From contig NC_083416.1 of assembly GCF_020745735.1 (NCBI RefSeq), positions 51,733,131-51,797,130 of the forward strand: a stretch of DNA of 64,000 bases. The letters are read 5' to 3'. Origin of the DNA: Hemiscyllium ocellatum. Lineage: Eukaryota. Positions 1-13,167 of the stretch are shown piece after piece (positions within the stretch are counted from its first letter, which is position 1; each line of letters begins with the position of its first letter). A program made the translations under genes and the position numbers. The notes beneath the pieces were generated by a model, which was not told the origin of the DNA, did no database searches, and was given only the letters and a program-made list of their open reading frames with translations.

Positions 1-890
1 AACTGCATGCAATATTCCAAAAGTGGCCTAACCAATCTCCTGCACAGCTGCAACATAACTTCCCAACCCCTGTACTCAAAGCTCTGACCAATAAAGGAAA
101 GCATACCAAACACTTTTTTCACAACCCAACTACCTGTGACTCTACTTTCAAGGGACTATGAACCTGCACTCCATGGTCTCTTCTCAGCAACACTCCCGAG
201 GATCTTACCATTAAGCGTATACGTCCTGCTAAAATTTGCCTTTCCAAATTGCAGCATCTCACATTTACCTAAATTAAAATCTATCTGCCACTCCTCAGCC
301 CATTGGCCCATCTAATCAAGATCCCATTGTACTCTGAGGTAACCATCTTCTCTCTCCACTATATCTCCAGTTTTGGTGTCATCTGCAAACTTATAAACTA
401 TACCTCCTATGTTCACATCCAAATAATTTATACAAATTACAAAAAACAGTGGACGCAGCACCGATCCTTGTGGTACACCACTGGTCATAGGTGTCCAGTC
501 TGAAAAGCAACCTTCCACCACCAGCCTCTATCTTCTACCTTTGAGCCAGTTCTATATCCAAATGGCTAATTCTCCCTGTAGTGCATGAGATCTAAACTTG
601 CTAACCAGTCTCCCATGAGGAACCTTGTCAAATGCCTTACTGAAGTCCATGTCGATCACATCTACTGCTTTGCCCTCATCAATCCTCTTTGCTACTTCTT
701 CAAAAAATGCAACCAAGTTCATGAGATATGACCTCCCACGCACAAAGCCATGCTGACTATCCCTAATCAGTCCTTGTCTTTCCAAATACATGTAAATGCT
801 GTCCCTCAGAATTCCCTCAACAACTTGCCCACCACCAATATCAGCTCACCGATCTATAGTTCCCTGGCTTTTCCTCACCATGTTTCTTAA
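1..890 (-). mobile_element. CR1/HER1-type LINE fragment (reverse transcriptase)
   Basis: ORFs with [33 protein letters not shown]. Confidence 0.92.
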
Positions 891-1244
891 ATCATCATTC
901 TGTCTTGGACCTGTACCTCTGACTCTGGGTTAAAATGCTAGAACTGGCTTCCTTTGAGCACCGTGAGTGCAGCTACTTCCCAGAAACTGCAACAGTCCAT
1001 GAAGACAGCTCATTGTCACCTTCTCAAGGGCAATTAGAGACAGGCAATAAATGTTGGCCTAACCAGTGACAGCTACGTCCGATGAACAAATAAATTCTCA
1101 TTCGCTTTCTGGATTCCCAGAACTTGCTAATTATCCATTAGATTTATACCATTGACAGTTTCTCTTTCTGTCTCCAATCCTATTGTCTCCCACGTATTCC
1201 AGGTTACTTGAAAATGATCAGTCTGGAGAATTTTGAGTCTTCTC

Positions 1245-1650
1245 CACTGTGGTTCAGTAAGTAGCATTCTTCCTTCTGACTCACAGTTCTGGGTTCAATC
1301 TGCACTCTCGGGCATAAATACAAAAATTTAAGCTAGATGCTCTAGTGCAGTTTGTAACCAATGCAGATATTGATTTTTTAAAAATGTGATTGTAAAACAG
1401 AGGCCACATCTGCCTGCTCAGATATCTGTAAATGATCCCTGCATGCTATTCTGAAAGAGAATGGGAGTTATCCCTAGTCCACTGTACTCCTCAACCAAAA
1501 GCCCAGATATTGGGTCTTATATACATTGCAGTTTGTGGGAGCATAAATGAGTTGCCATTGTTCCCATAACAGGTGAGAACACTTTCATTGACTGTAAAAT
1601 ACTTTGGGACATCTAGTAGTTGTGAAAGTATTATATAAATGGAAACCTCT
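1245..1650 (+). mobile_element. Decayed Deu-domain SINE (SacSINE/AmnSINE-like)
   Basis: tRNA-like head (gtggttcagt...gggttcaat), Deu-like core (aaacagaggccacatctgcctgctcag...gatccc), tail tgtaaaatactttgggacatc. Confidence 0.55.
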
Positions 1651-2608
1651 CCTTTAGCCTGGTCCAAGGAGGAGGAGGAGGTCAAACAGAGAACTACCAA
1701 CCCCATTGTGATCAGTTAAATTAGTCTGGACCAAGAATCAGATCAGACAATTTGCTTGCCTGTAAGCTCAGATGAGCTGCTGGTGTGGCGGTGAAATTAT
1801 ATGTTTCCAACAAACCAACAAATCATCTGCCACATGAGGATATTAATAAAGTGGGACCCAGACGTCAAAAAGAAGAATAATCTTCTAGAAACCTTAAGAT
1901 TGAGCAATTATAATGTTGTAAGTTTGGCTTGCACATTAAACAGAAAAGGAGAACTGGCACAATTGAGTGAAGATGACACAGGACAAAGTCAAAGAACAAA
2001 CCATATTGTCAAATAACCATCAAATTTCACATTTGATATATTTCTTCGCAGAATATAAATGTAAGAAATAACAATTGGAGTATACATTCATTTGGTAATG
2101 CAGCACTTGAGTATTGCTAAGAAAAGACAATATTTTGTTGAAAAGTATTGTCTGGAATCATCAGGACAATTCACAACAATAATAATGTAAAGGGAAAACA
2201 ACATTTAAACTATATGGGAGCACAAAGCTGATTGGTTGGCACCTGGGCTACATTTGGTAGGGGTTTTGCTCTGAGAAGTGAACCAGAAAAGGGTGTCACC
2301 TATTTTGTTGAGTCGGATCAGGCACAGTGTGTACACATCATTCCATATGTTACATAGTTCTAGTATGTGCAAGTAGACTGTGAGCCTCAACTGACAATCT
2401 CAAATTGGTTTTCAGTATAATTCTGTGGAACTAAGGATTATTTAGTAAATTACTTTTGGTCCCAAAAAGTGCCCAGTCTATCTCAAATTATCCTTGAAAG
2501 GCAACATATCTCAAATATTTGAGAAGTAGGTGATGCTAACTAGGCAGTAGCAACAAAGATTGTGTTTCCCATCAATGGAGTTCTGATATCAAGCCAAAAA
2601 CATGTTCT

Positions 2609-3362
2609 AGGAGAAAGTGAGGACTGTAGATGCTGGAGACCAGAGTTGGAAAATGTGTTGCTGGAAAAACACAGCAGGTCAGGCAGCATCCGAGGAGCAG
2701 GAGAATCGAAGTTTCGGGCATAAGCCCTTCTTCAGGAATGAGGATAGTGTGCCAAGCGGGCTGAGATAAAAGGTGGGGGGAGAATTTGGGGGAGGGGCGC
2801 TGGGAATACGATAGGTGGAAGGAGGTGAGGGTGAGTGTGATAGGCCGGAGAGGGGGTGGGGGCAGAAAGGTCGGGAAGAAGAGGGTGGTGCTGAGGTAAG
2901 GTGGGGGGAGGGGAAATGAGGAAGCTGGCAAAATCTACATTCATCCCGTGTGGTTGGAGAGTTCCCAAGCGGAAGATGAGGCACGCTTCCTCCAGGCGTC
3001 GTGTGTTCAGGTCTTGCGATGGAGGAGGCCAAGAACATGCATGTCCTTGGCGGAGTGGGAGGGGGAGTTAAAGTAATCCGCCATGGGGCAGGTTGGTGCG
3101 GTTGTCCCAGAGGTGTTCCCTGAAACGTTCCGCAAGTAGGCGGCCTGTTTCCCCAATGTAGAGGAGACCACATCAGGTGCAGCGGATATAATAAATGATG
3201 TGTGTAGAGGTGCAGGTGAATTTGTGATGGATATGGAAGGATCCATTGAGGCCTTGGAGGGAGGTGAGGGCGCAAGTTTTGCACTTCTTGCGGTTGCAGG
3301 GGAAGTTGCTGGGAGTGGAGTTTGGGTTGGTGGGGGGGTCTGGACCGGACGAGGGAGTCGCC
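2609..3362 (-). mobile_element. Penelope-like element 3' fragment (GIY-YIG endonuclease remnant, 3' UTR, hammerhead motif at ~2703-2739)
   Basis: Homologous by eye to the 38350-39197 arm; minus strand reads cattcCTGAAGAagggcttatgcccGAAACTTCgatt. Confidence 0.88.
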
Positions 3363-3382
3363 TGTCACATAAATGAGTTTAT

Positions 3383-3667
3383 ATTAGATTACTTACAGTG
3401 TGGAAACAGGCCCTTCGGCCCAACAAGTACACACCAACCCGCTGAAGTGCAACCCACCCAGACCCATTCCCCCTTCACCTGACACTACAGGCAATTTATC
3501 ATGGCAAATTCACCTAACCTGCACATTTTTGGACTGTGGGAGGAAACCCACATAGACACGGGGAGAATGAGCAAACTCCACACAGACAGTCGCTTGAGGC
3601 AGGAATTGAACCTGGGTCTCTGGCGCTGTGAGGCAGCAGTGCTAACCGCTGTGACACCATGCCGCCC
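3383..3667 (-). mobile_element. HE1-type V-SINE
   Basis: tRNA-derived head, V-domain (gtgtggagtttgc...gggtttcctcc), HER1-like tail ending gtaatctaat. Confidence 0.9.
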
Positions 3668-6600
3668 ACTTTCTTTCCTTTTCTAAACTACATTTAAGGG
3701 TGTTTCCATTGTTTGCAGCTATCCATTTTCCCGTACAGAGATTAGAATGATTAGAATTTCAGTACCAATGTGATGTTAAGACTTTGGGCCTTATAATCAA
3801 AAGACCAGCAGAAAGTAACAAACAACATATCCCTTCCACTGTATGCAACAAACAGGTTAGCAACTGTACTCAATCAGCATGTATCTGTGAACATCAAATT
3901 AGAATTGATTCCATAACTGGAGAGTATTTGACCAACAATCCACAGTATATCAAGAATTATATTAACAACATATTTAACATTGTTATAGAGGTTTACAGTG
4001 TGGTGCACTTACATGCAGTCAAAGCAACATGTTAATATGTAGGGTCCTGTTCTTTGCAGACAGAATGAAATGTACACATACTGCACTGGTTCAAATCAAT
4101 GAATGGTCACTCTCTGGTTCATTTCTCAAGACAATACATTTACCATTCAGCATTAACCTGCCTGGCTTAATATTCAAACAAAGCTTAATTGTCAGCCATC
4201 ATCTAGCTGAGGCACTCTCCATGGCAATATTTTAATCACTCACAGTCCATGTCCACCAATCTCCTTCCATACAGTATCAGTCCTGTTTTCCTGTTACATT
4301 TGCATATAGTCCTGATGAGTTCACGAGGAAAGGTTTTGTGTCTTTTTTCAGCTATACTCAAGCACAGTACTATATATGTTGTGTGCAAATCTAAGGAGCA
4401 CTGATAATATTTTAAATACAAATACACAATTAAATAAGAAAGGTTCATAAAATACATATACTGTTTTTAAAAAGTGTTGCATTTTATATGCCCAATCTAT
4501 TTCATTTGTTCAATTTACATATTTTCAAAAGGATTGGCTGCTGAGCTTTGGAAGGACTCATCACCCAAAGTACCTCCATAGGATCACACTCAGCTATTGA
4601 AGAAAAGAACATTAATGAACAGCTACAACAGACTGATCCTCAAAGGACTGAAGGGAGCACTTATAGCATGTAATCCAGAACTGGGAGGACGAGGGCTATT
4701 TATTTCTTATCAGTGCTTGACAAATGAATTGTAGCACCAATCTGCAAAAAAGTGACATTGTGTGACAGATATGGAACAGCACAGAAGGCTTCTTTGGTCC
4801 ACTGTGCCTTTGCCAGCTCTTTGAAATAACTTTCCAATTGGTCTCACTGTCCTGCTCTTTAGTTGTTACTGTGCATTCAGGTGTTACCAGACTGCGCAGA
4901 GCGCAGATGTTTTCAATGACCTTATAAAGAAGGAGCATGACCTTCTCATGTGAGCTATCAGTGCATGCTGGAAGTAGTGGCTGACTATTCCTTGAGTTTT
5001 TTTGACAGAATTTCTGTACTGGTAAGAGATGTCCCTGTGGAGGATCCTGCCACAGATGTGAAGTCCTATGCAAGCTCAACAGCACACTGCGAGATCTGGA
5101 TTCCCAGACCTCCTATCCCGTCTGGAGCTATGATTGCTCACCCCTCACCAGGCACCTCATCATCATCCTCCCTTTTGCTCCTCTGAGGCAGTGGTGGGTA
5201 TTGGGTGCGAGTCTGAGGAACTGGATATGGAGGAATCATCTGTAGTAACATGAAAGAGTATTTTCACTAACTGGCCATCCAGGAACTCCAGATTTTTTTT
5301 AGAATGACTGTTTCAGAAGAGAATCAAAAGATTATTTTCTTCAAGCACAACAAATGTGTACAGACAGTGGACATAATAATGTAAGTGATTGCAAGACATT
5401 TGAGATATTAATCAAGGCATATGAACCTCATTGTGATATTATTCTTTTTAATTATGTGTAAGAATACCAAGGAAATGCTGGCTCCCTCCCCCTGAGCATT
5501 AAAACATTTTGCAAGCATTTTTAGAGCCACTATTTTCAAAGGCAACATTGCCATATTACCCCCTCCCTAAATAATATTTTTTAATACTGTGAACAATTGT
5601 AAATATTGATATTTGTTATTGCCTTGTTAAGAGTCCTGCACAAATTTTAGCACTGTAGAAATATTATTTATGTTTCAGGTCTTTGATAATTATGTCCTAA
5701 TTTAATTTAAGACTTGTGGTATTTCACTAAAATGGGTTCTTGTGAATAGTTCCTTTTTCTTTAAATATTATTGCCTCTTAACATAAGAAAATATTCAGCT
5801 ATGGTTGTTTTCACTAACTGCATTGATAAATTTAATTAAATTTATTTATTGTTCATATGAATTTTGTAACTCTCTACTGCTGGTCAGTTAAAATGCTTTT
5901 TATTAGAGATGCAAAATTGTTCATTATCAAATGTACTTAGTTACTGCTATGAAGAAAAGTTCAAACGTTATTATAGAGCTCCAAGGCTTTCCCCTATTCA
6001 AATTATTCTCTAAAATTCTTCAGATTAGTGTTCCCTAACTGAAAGAAGGCAACTTGCTCACAGACATTTGCTGATAGTGCTGTCTAACTGGCTAATAATA
6101 AATATGCAGGAGATGCCAATACCTGTTGTATCTCACAAATCAAGACTACTTTAAAACATCTTGTTAATTTTAATCAATGTGTAACATCTATTTGAAATTA
6201 ATTCAATTAGAGCAATAAAAACAAGATAACATCCTTTCAATGTTAACCTATTGCTCCAAATATCACTCAGCATGACAAGAATGAAGCTTAACTGCCCATA
6301 GGACTTCCCCTGATTAGTAGATGGTTTGTGATTTACATAAACACAATCAAAACAAGGTAAACAATGTTTACTCTGGGGCATTATTGGAATTTTTATTGAA
6401 ATTACGGAAGATGACCTGGAGAATCGCTGTGGAAATTATCAGTATGGGTGTATCTCTTGATCTCTTGGAGCCAACTGACACAAAACTTAACTTTGGTAGT
6501 CTCAGTCCATTTCATTGCAGGCATGAGTTCACAGCACAAAACATCCTGTTCCTTCAAAATAATTTGTCTATCTCTCTGAAAGAAAGCACAAAAATGTCTG

Positions 6601-6777
6601 GCACTGCAAAAAGACATTGCTGCAGTCTTGTTCTGAGCTTAATAATGCACAAAGTGATGTATTCGTTAATTAATCACCAATGAAGACAGCATCCTACATT
6701 TCAAAAGAACATCAACGAATTTTAATTATAGGAAAGAAAGCATTGCACACATTTTCTCAAATTTGAAGAACTCTTAC

Positions 6778-7047
6778 CTGCCACACCACCAGCCAGCCAC
6801 ACACAAAACAGATTGGGTGCTTTGCTCCCTTCGGGTGTCATCCAATCACACAGCAACATGTAAGGAACAAAGTATAAACAATATCCTGGAACATCTCTGA
6901 GGTACATGGCTCCAACACCTCGATACAGTCCAACAATGCCTTCGGTCCGCAGTATTCTGCTAATGAGGTGCACAGGCCCCCTGTATAGAGGCTGATCATT
7001 CAGTGCAAGGGAGTGCAAGGCACTCGCACCAACCAAGTTTAGTTTAG
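6778..7047 (-). CDS. slc25a48: slc25a48 exon 5 (AKLNLVG...YRGPVH...RDVPGYCLYFVPY...VWLAGGVAG)
   Basis: ctacag acceptor, gtaaga donor, 270 nt, phase 1-1. RDVPGYCLYF is characteristic of SLC25A48. Exons 1-5 give 230 codons + 1 nt; downstream exons not found in the window. Confidence 0.95.
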
Positions 7048-8441
7048 CTGTAGAAGTGTAAAAAAGATTTAGCAAATCTTGAATGTAGCTAATGTTCTGA
7101 AACAAATCAGCTTTTTTTAAACCATAAGTGAAAAGCTGCATAATATTCCAGAATAAGGAAGCACAAAAGAAAATCACGACGTAAAAACTTCGTATCCACG
7201 ACAACATTCTACGAACTCTATTTATCATCATGACATGATTGAAATATTTAATGTACGAATAGCCTGGCTCCTCAGAACTACTGCTATGCATATTGAGGAA
7301 AGTTAGAAGATTCACATGTAGGAATCAGTAGCGGAACTTGGCCTCAAGTTGATGGTGTAGGGATAAATAAGATGAGCTGGAAAGGACACCCTAAGTAGAA
7401 AGGAATCACAACTCAAAGGTAAAGGAGTCACAAAATGTGATACAAATGGAAGACCATTGGATTCATGTCTTGCTTGCAATGGTGCTAGCATGGGGTGTGC
7501 AGTGTGTTCATGCCAGCTTGAAAAGGGGGAAAATTATGATGTCCCTTAGCCGGAAATGCAGATTTGCTAATTGCCATCCTGCACTTTGCAGCATCTGTTC
7601 ACACTGAAAGTATTTGCAACTAAACAATTCATCTCCAATCCCCTCAGCCAAAAGCAGTCCAAAGGCAGTTACATTTCTCCAAGATTGTGGTCACTGAACT
7701 CAAAAATTCTGAACACAGCTTATCAGCCTGGAATGCCCTATTGGATTTCTGCTCTGAGGTTGGGACCCTAATTTTAGATGACATTCTGTGTCCCAGTGCC
7801 ACAATACATTGATGTGAGATCCTCGATATGATTTTGGAAACATTGGGAATTACTGGCCAATGCGCATGCTGCTTGCTATTCAGTTAAGAACAATAGGAAT
7901 GCTCCTTAGGCTGGAAGACCACAGAGAGCATGCCCCACCATCACAGATGGATGCAGCTGATGCAGGTAAGAGATGAAGAGAGAACAACTCAAATTGAAGA
8001 TGTCCTCTTAAAACTTATAGGCATTCTGTAGTTAAAAACTGGTTACATTTGCCAGGGTGCATCGTGGCAGAGGAACCCTTCCATCCAGTGGTCTCTGACC
8101 ATTGCTGTAGCTGTGTATAAGCTGTGGCTGAAAATGGAAAAAAAAACCTGGATGGCTCTGTAATTCACTTTGTGAAGTTATATTTTAAGTCTTATATAAC
8201 TGGATAATCCAGAATTGCAGAAACTATGTTGGAATGAATATTTGGATTCTTAAAGGCAAAAGATACTTAGTTCAGAGCTGCAGCATATTTGAACCCAAAC
8301 TAGCCATCATTACATTTTATAAAAAAGGACAAGAAGACTCAGGAACAAAAGCAGGCCAGTGGTCCTACAGGTCTGCTCCATCATTCAATAAGATCATTGC
8401 CGATTTGGTTATGGTCTCAGCTCTACTGTATTGTCTAACTC

Positions 8442-8749
8442 TTAGATTACATTAGATTACACAGTGTGGAAACAGGCCCTTCGGCCCAACAAGTCCACAC
8501 CAACCTGCCGAAGCGAAACCCACCAATTCCCCTACATTTACCCAACACTACAGGCAATTTAGCATGGCCAATTCACCTGACCTGCACATCTTTGGACTGT
8601 GGGAGGAATCCGGAGCACCCGGAGGAAACCCACGCAGACACGGGGAGAACATGCAAACTCCACACAGTCAGTCACCTGAGTCGGGAATTGAACCCGGGTC
8701 TCTGGCGCTGTGAGGCAGCAGTGCTAACCACTGTGCCACCGTGCCGCCC
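8442..8749 (-). mobile_element. HE1-type V-SINE, full length and young
   Basis: gggcggcacggtggcacagtggttagc head with A/B boxes (gggttcaattccc), V-domain, tandem gtaatctaa tail. Confidence 0.93.
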
Positions 8750-9049
8750 ACAGCTTACTCCATCTTCTGTCAAAAATTTAAATCAATGTGAAATAAATTC
8801 AATGATCCAGTCTCCATGACTGACCAGAGAAGAAAATTACACTTACCAGTAAGCCTCAAAAGAGAAATAACACTCTTCACCTCTATCTTAAACACTTAAA
8901 CTGCAAGTGTAGAAATGGGGGAGGGGAGGAAGAAAAGTCGTTGAAAAACTGAAGAAAAAAGAAAAACAAAGTGGAAAGGGCAAGGCAATGGGTAATGATA
9001 GTTGGTAAAGATTTTTATAAAATTGTTTTAGTGGTGTAAATGACAATAA

Positions 9050-9700
9050 CAGAAACATCAGAGAGCTGCTTTCTGACATACAGGAACAGGTTAAGATCTG
9101 AAATGGTTGAACTGAATGTCTGACAGGTTGAAAAGTTCCTAATTGAAAGATGAAGTGCTGTTTCTCAACTTTACTCCTGCTTCAATAGAACAGTGTAGGA
9201 GACCAAAGACAAAGAGGTCAGAGTGTGAATGGGGTTGAGAATGATAGGTGACTTGACACTCAGGATCATGCATGTGTTCTATGAGGTAGTTACTCAATCT
9301 GCATTTGGTCCTCTCTGTGTATATGAAGCCCCAGTATGAACAAAAAATATAGTGAATTAAATTCAAAAAAGAATAAATAAATCACTGGTTGACCTGGCAG
9401 GAGTGCTGTGAAGTCTCAATGGTAGAAAGGGAGAAAATGAAAGGGTACATGTTGCATCTCCTGGGCTGTCATGGGTCTATAAGGAAGTGCTGAGAGTAAT
9501 TCAGGAATAGCTAAAGCAGTCATGGAAGGTGCAGTCTCTTTGGAGCAATGAATGGAAAAATATACTTGGTGTTGTCACAATGCTAAAAGTGACAGAAATG
9601 GGTGATCCATTCAATTTGCAGGCTGGTGGCATTTAAACTGAATCACATTGTGAGTCTCAAAGGAAAGGGTTGAGAGCAGTTGAATTTACAAAGAAAATCA
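9050..9700 (-). mobile_element. Highly decayed Penelope-like GIY-YIG remnant
   Basis: ORF 9139..9366 resembles the GIY-YIG C-terminal half (IYTERTKCRLSNYLIEH...HSDLFVFGLLHC). Confidence 0.5.
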
Positions 9701-10639
9701 GCATATACCCCATGGCCCTCTGTGTGTCAGATGGCCACAAAGCCCAGGCATTCCAAACTATTGGTCAATGCTGAGCAGTTAGCACTCCCACAGCAGCTTG
9801 CACGTCATTGGGAGTTCTAGCTTATGATCAACAAACACAAGTCCTGTCACAGCTACGACGCATGGAGTTAGCTTATGCAAGGGCCTGAGGCCAGGCCACA
9901 GCTCAAAAGCCTATAGAAATGAGGACTCCCGGGAAGTTTACAGTCTGCAGCAGACAGGAGCATCAAGCAGCACAAACTCCAGCAAGAACATAATGCAAGT
10001 AGCAAATTACAGTTCTTTTAATATTTTAAATCTGTGTTTTCTTGGTAAGTTTAAAATATGGCCAAAAGTAAAGCAAAGGATACTTCAAGCTTCTTAGAAA
10101 GAAATTCTGTGCACATTTCAAAAAAATGAAATGGCTTTCCAAGATCATTAAATAGAAATATTTTCAACATGTAACCTGAAGGTACAAATTGATGAGATTT
10201 TCACTTATTGCACTACAGCAAAAACTGGAGGTGAGTTTAGCACTGAGTAAAAGTGATACCATCGGATAGTGAACTATCTAGACTGCATTTGAATTTGGTG
10301 GTTCTGGAAGCTCTTAGCAGTGACACATGCATACGAAGATACAGTTTCAGTGCAAGAGTAAGATATGTGGTACCTAAGCCTGCTCTGCTATTGATTAAAA
10401 TCATAATTGATATAATTACTTCACATCTTTGCCTATTCCAATACCATATCACTTTATCTCTTCAAGAATCTATTTACCTCTGAGTTAATAAATATTCAAA
10501 GACAACTTCCACTACCTTTTGAAGAAGACGGTTCAAAATATTCATGACTGTCTGTTAAAAAAAATATTTTTCCATCTCAGTCTTAAATGGGATGATACTA
10601 TTATAAACTGTCACCCCCCAGTTCCAAATTTTCTAACAG

Positions 10640-11830
10640 TGGAAAAATCTTTTATGTGTTTTAATCAAGCTACAGTTTACTCTTCTGAGCCCCAGTGGGT
10701 GTAAGTCTCACCCATCCAACCTTTCCTCATAACACAATACATTCATTCCATGAACTGGTCTCATAAACTGTCTTTTAAAATGTTTCCAATACATTTACAA
10801 CCTTCCTTGAATTAGGAGACCGACACATTACACCTAACACCATATGGGGTCTCACAATTCCTGGATAATTGAAGCATGGCCTCCGTAGTTTTGTATTCAA
10901 ATATTCTCACATTAAGTAATAACAATCTATCAGTTTCCCTAATTATTGCTGGACCTGCAAAATAATATTTTGTGATTCAAGCACTTGCATTTCAAACTCT
11001 ATTCTCTCATTGCTTAATTTCATTTAGAAAAAATTCAATCAAATTAGACAGTTTTACATGTTCCCACATTGGTTCTATTTACCAAATCTTATGTACTCAT
11101 TTGTCCTATTCACATCCCACTGTCGGCTCCTATGTTATCTTCACAACTTACTTTCCTACTTATCTTTGTGTGACCAACAAATTCAGCATCTAAATCGATG
11201 GTCCCTTCTTCTAAGTCATATACAGTATATAAATTGTAAAAAGGTAAGCTCCTGACACTGATCCTTCTGGCATGGCACCTGTTATATCTTGGCACTTGGA
11301 AATGACCTATTTATGCCCCCTCTCTGTTTCCTGTTAGCTAGCCAATTTTCTATCCATGCCAGTGTGTGACTCCTGACTTGTGAGTTTTTATTTCCCTGAT
11401 AACCTTTGAAATGGCATCTTATTAAATCCCATTTGAAAATCTAAGTACAGTGTATATCTATTCCCCTACATCCACAGCAGGTTACTTCTTCAAATGACTC
11501 CAATAAATTTGTTAAATATGATTTTCTTTTCACAAAACCATGTCAACAATGCCTGGTTACTTTGAACTTTTCTTAGTGAGGTTAAAGTCTTTAATAACAG
11601 TTTCGAACATCTATCCTATCACAACTGGTAAGCTTATTGTCCTGCAGTTTTCTGCTTTCTGTTTCCCTCCCGTTTTGAACAAAGCAGTTATGCTTCCTAT
11701 TTTAAACTCTAATCAAACTTTCCTAAATCTAGAAAACTTGGAAAACAAACATCAAGACATCAACTATCTCACAAGCCACTTCTTTTAAGGCCCTTCTTTT
11801 GAGAATAGAGATGTTGAGGGGTTGGATGTC
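10640..11830 (-). mobile_element. Old CR1 LINE fragment
   Basis: Degenerate RT motifs in minus-strand translation (DLEEG...EFVGHTKI, resembling KFADDTKI). Confidence 0.6.
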
Positions 11831-11980
11831 CATATTGAAAAACTCCTTGATTTTCAGCAGATCTTTTCACAGAAATTACATGAGGACAAAATTGCCAGAT
11901 CAATATCTAATACATGCATTTTATAGCAGAGATCACCGGACAAAAATCAAGGGTAGGAATGCTTGATGATATTTTTCTTT

Positions 11981-13167
11981 AGGAGAAAGTGAGAACTGCA
12001 GATGCTGGAGATCAGAGCTTAAAAATGTGTGTTGCTGGAAACGCGCAGCAGGTCAGGTAGCATCCAAGGAGAAGGAGAATCGACATTTCGGGCATACGCC
12101 CTTCTTCAGGAATGAGGAGGGTGTGCCAAGCAGGCTAAGATAAAAGGTAGGGAGGAAGGATTTGGGGTAGGGGCATTGGGAATACAATAGGTGGAAGGAG
12201 GTTAAGGTGAGGGTGATAGGCCGGAGAGGGGGTGAGGGCGGAGAGGTCGGGAAGAAGATTGCAGGTCAAAAAGGCGGTGCTGAGTCCGAGGGTTGGGACT
12301 GAAATAAGAAAGCTGGAGAAATCTGCTTTCATCCCTTGTGGTTGGAGGGTTCCTCGGCGGAAGATGAGGCGCTCTTCCTCCAGGCTTTGTGTTGCCATGG
12401 TCTGGCGATGGAGGAGGCCAAGGACCTGCATGACCTTGGCGGAGTGGGAGGGGAAGTTAAAGTGTTCAGTCACAGGGTGGTTGGGTTGGTTGGTGCGGGT
12501 GTCCCAGAGATGTTCTCTGAAATGTTCCGCAAGTAGGCAGCCTGTTTCCCCAATGTATAGGAGGCCACATCACGAGCAGCGGATGCAGTAAATGATGTGT
12601 GTGGAGGTGCAGGTGAATTTCTGATGATTTGGAAGGATCCCTTGGGGCCTTGGAGGGAAGTGAGGGGGGAGGTGTAGGGGCAAGTTTTGCATTTCTTGCG
12701 GTTGCAGGGGAAGGTGCCGGGAGTGGAGGTTGGGTTGGTGGGGGGTGTGGATCTGACGAGGGAGTCGCGGAGGGAGTGGTCTTTCCGGAACGCTGATAGG
12801 GGTGGGGAGGGAAATATATCCTTGGTGGTGGGGTCTGTTGGAGGTGGTGGAAATGACGAAGGATGATACGATGTATCTGGAGGTTGGTGGGGTGGTAGTT
12901 GAGGAACAGTGGGGTTCTGTCCTGGTAGCGATTGGAGGGGCGGGGCTCAAGGGCAGAGGAGCGGGAAGCGGAGGAGATGCGGTGGAGAGCTTCGTCCACC
13001 ACGTCTGAGGGGAAATTGCGGTCTTTGAAGAAGGAGGCCATCTGGGTTGTTCGATATTGGAATTGGTTCTCCTGGGGGCAGATGCGGTGAAGGCGAAGGA
13101 ATTGGGAACATGGGATGGCATTTTTACAGGGGGCAGGATGGGAGGAGGTGTAATCTAGGTAGCTGTG
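11981..13167 (-). mobile_element. Penelope-like element (RT C-terminus/linker, GIY-YIG, 3' hammerhead at ~12076-12113) in slc25a48 intron 4
   Basis: HSYLDYTSSHP...AIPCSQFLRLHRIC (PLE RT C-terminal region), KFTCTSTHIIYCIRC. T-rich direct repeat (ttttcttta) at both ends. Confidence 0.92.

Noticed and set aside
1-6700. slc25a48 exon 6 onward (expected ISW..TPMDVVKSRLQADG)
   Set aside because: No matching sequence found. A PMEV-like hit near 4575 does not extend, so the exons probably lie outside the window.
6722-7315. 197-aa ORF as a single-exon gene
   Set aside because: Only 6778-7047 is carrier-like and bounded by AG/GT; the remainder is intronic read-through.
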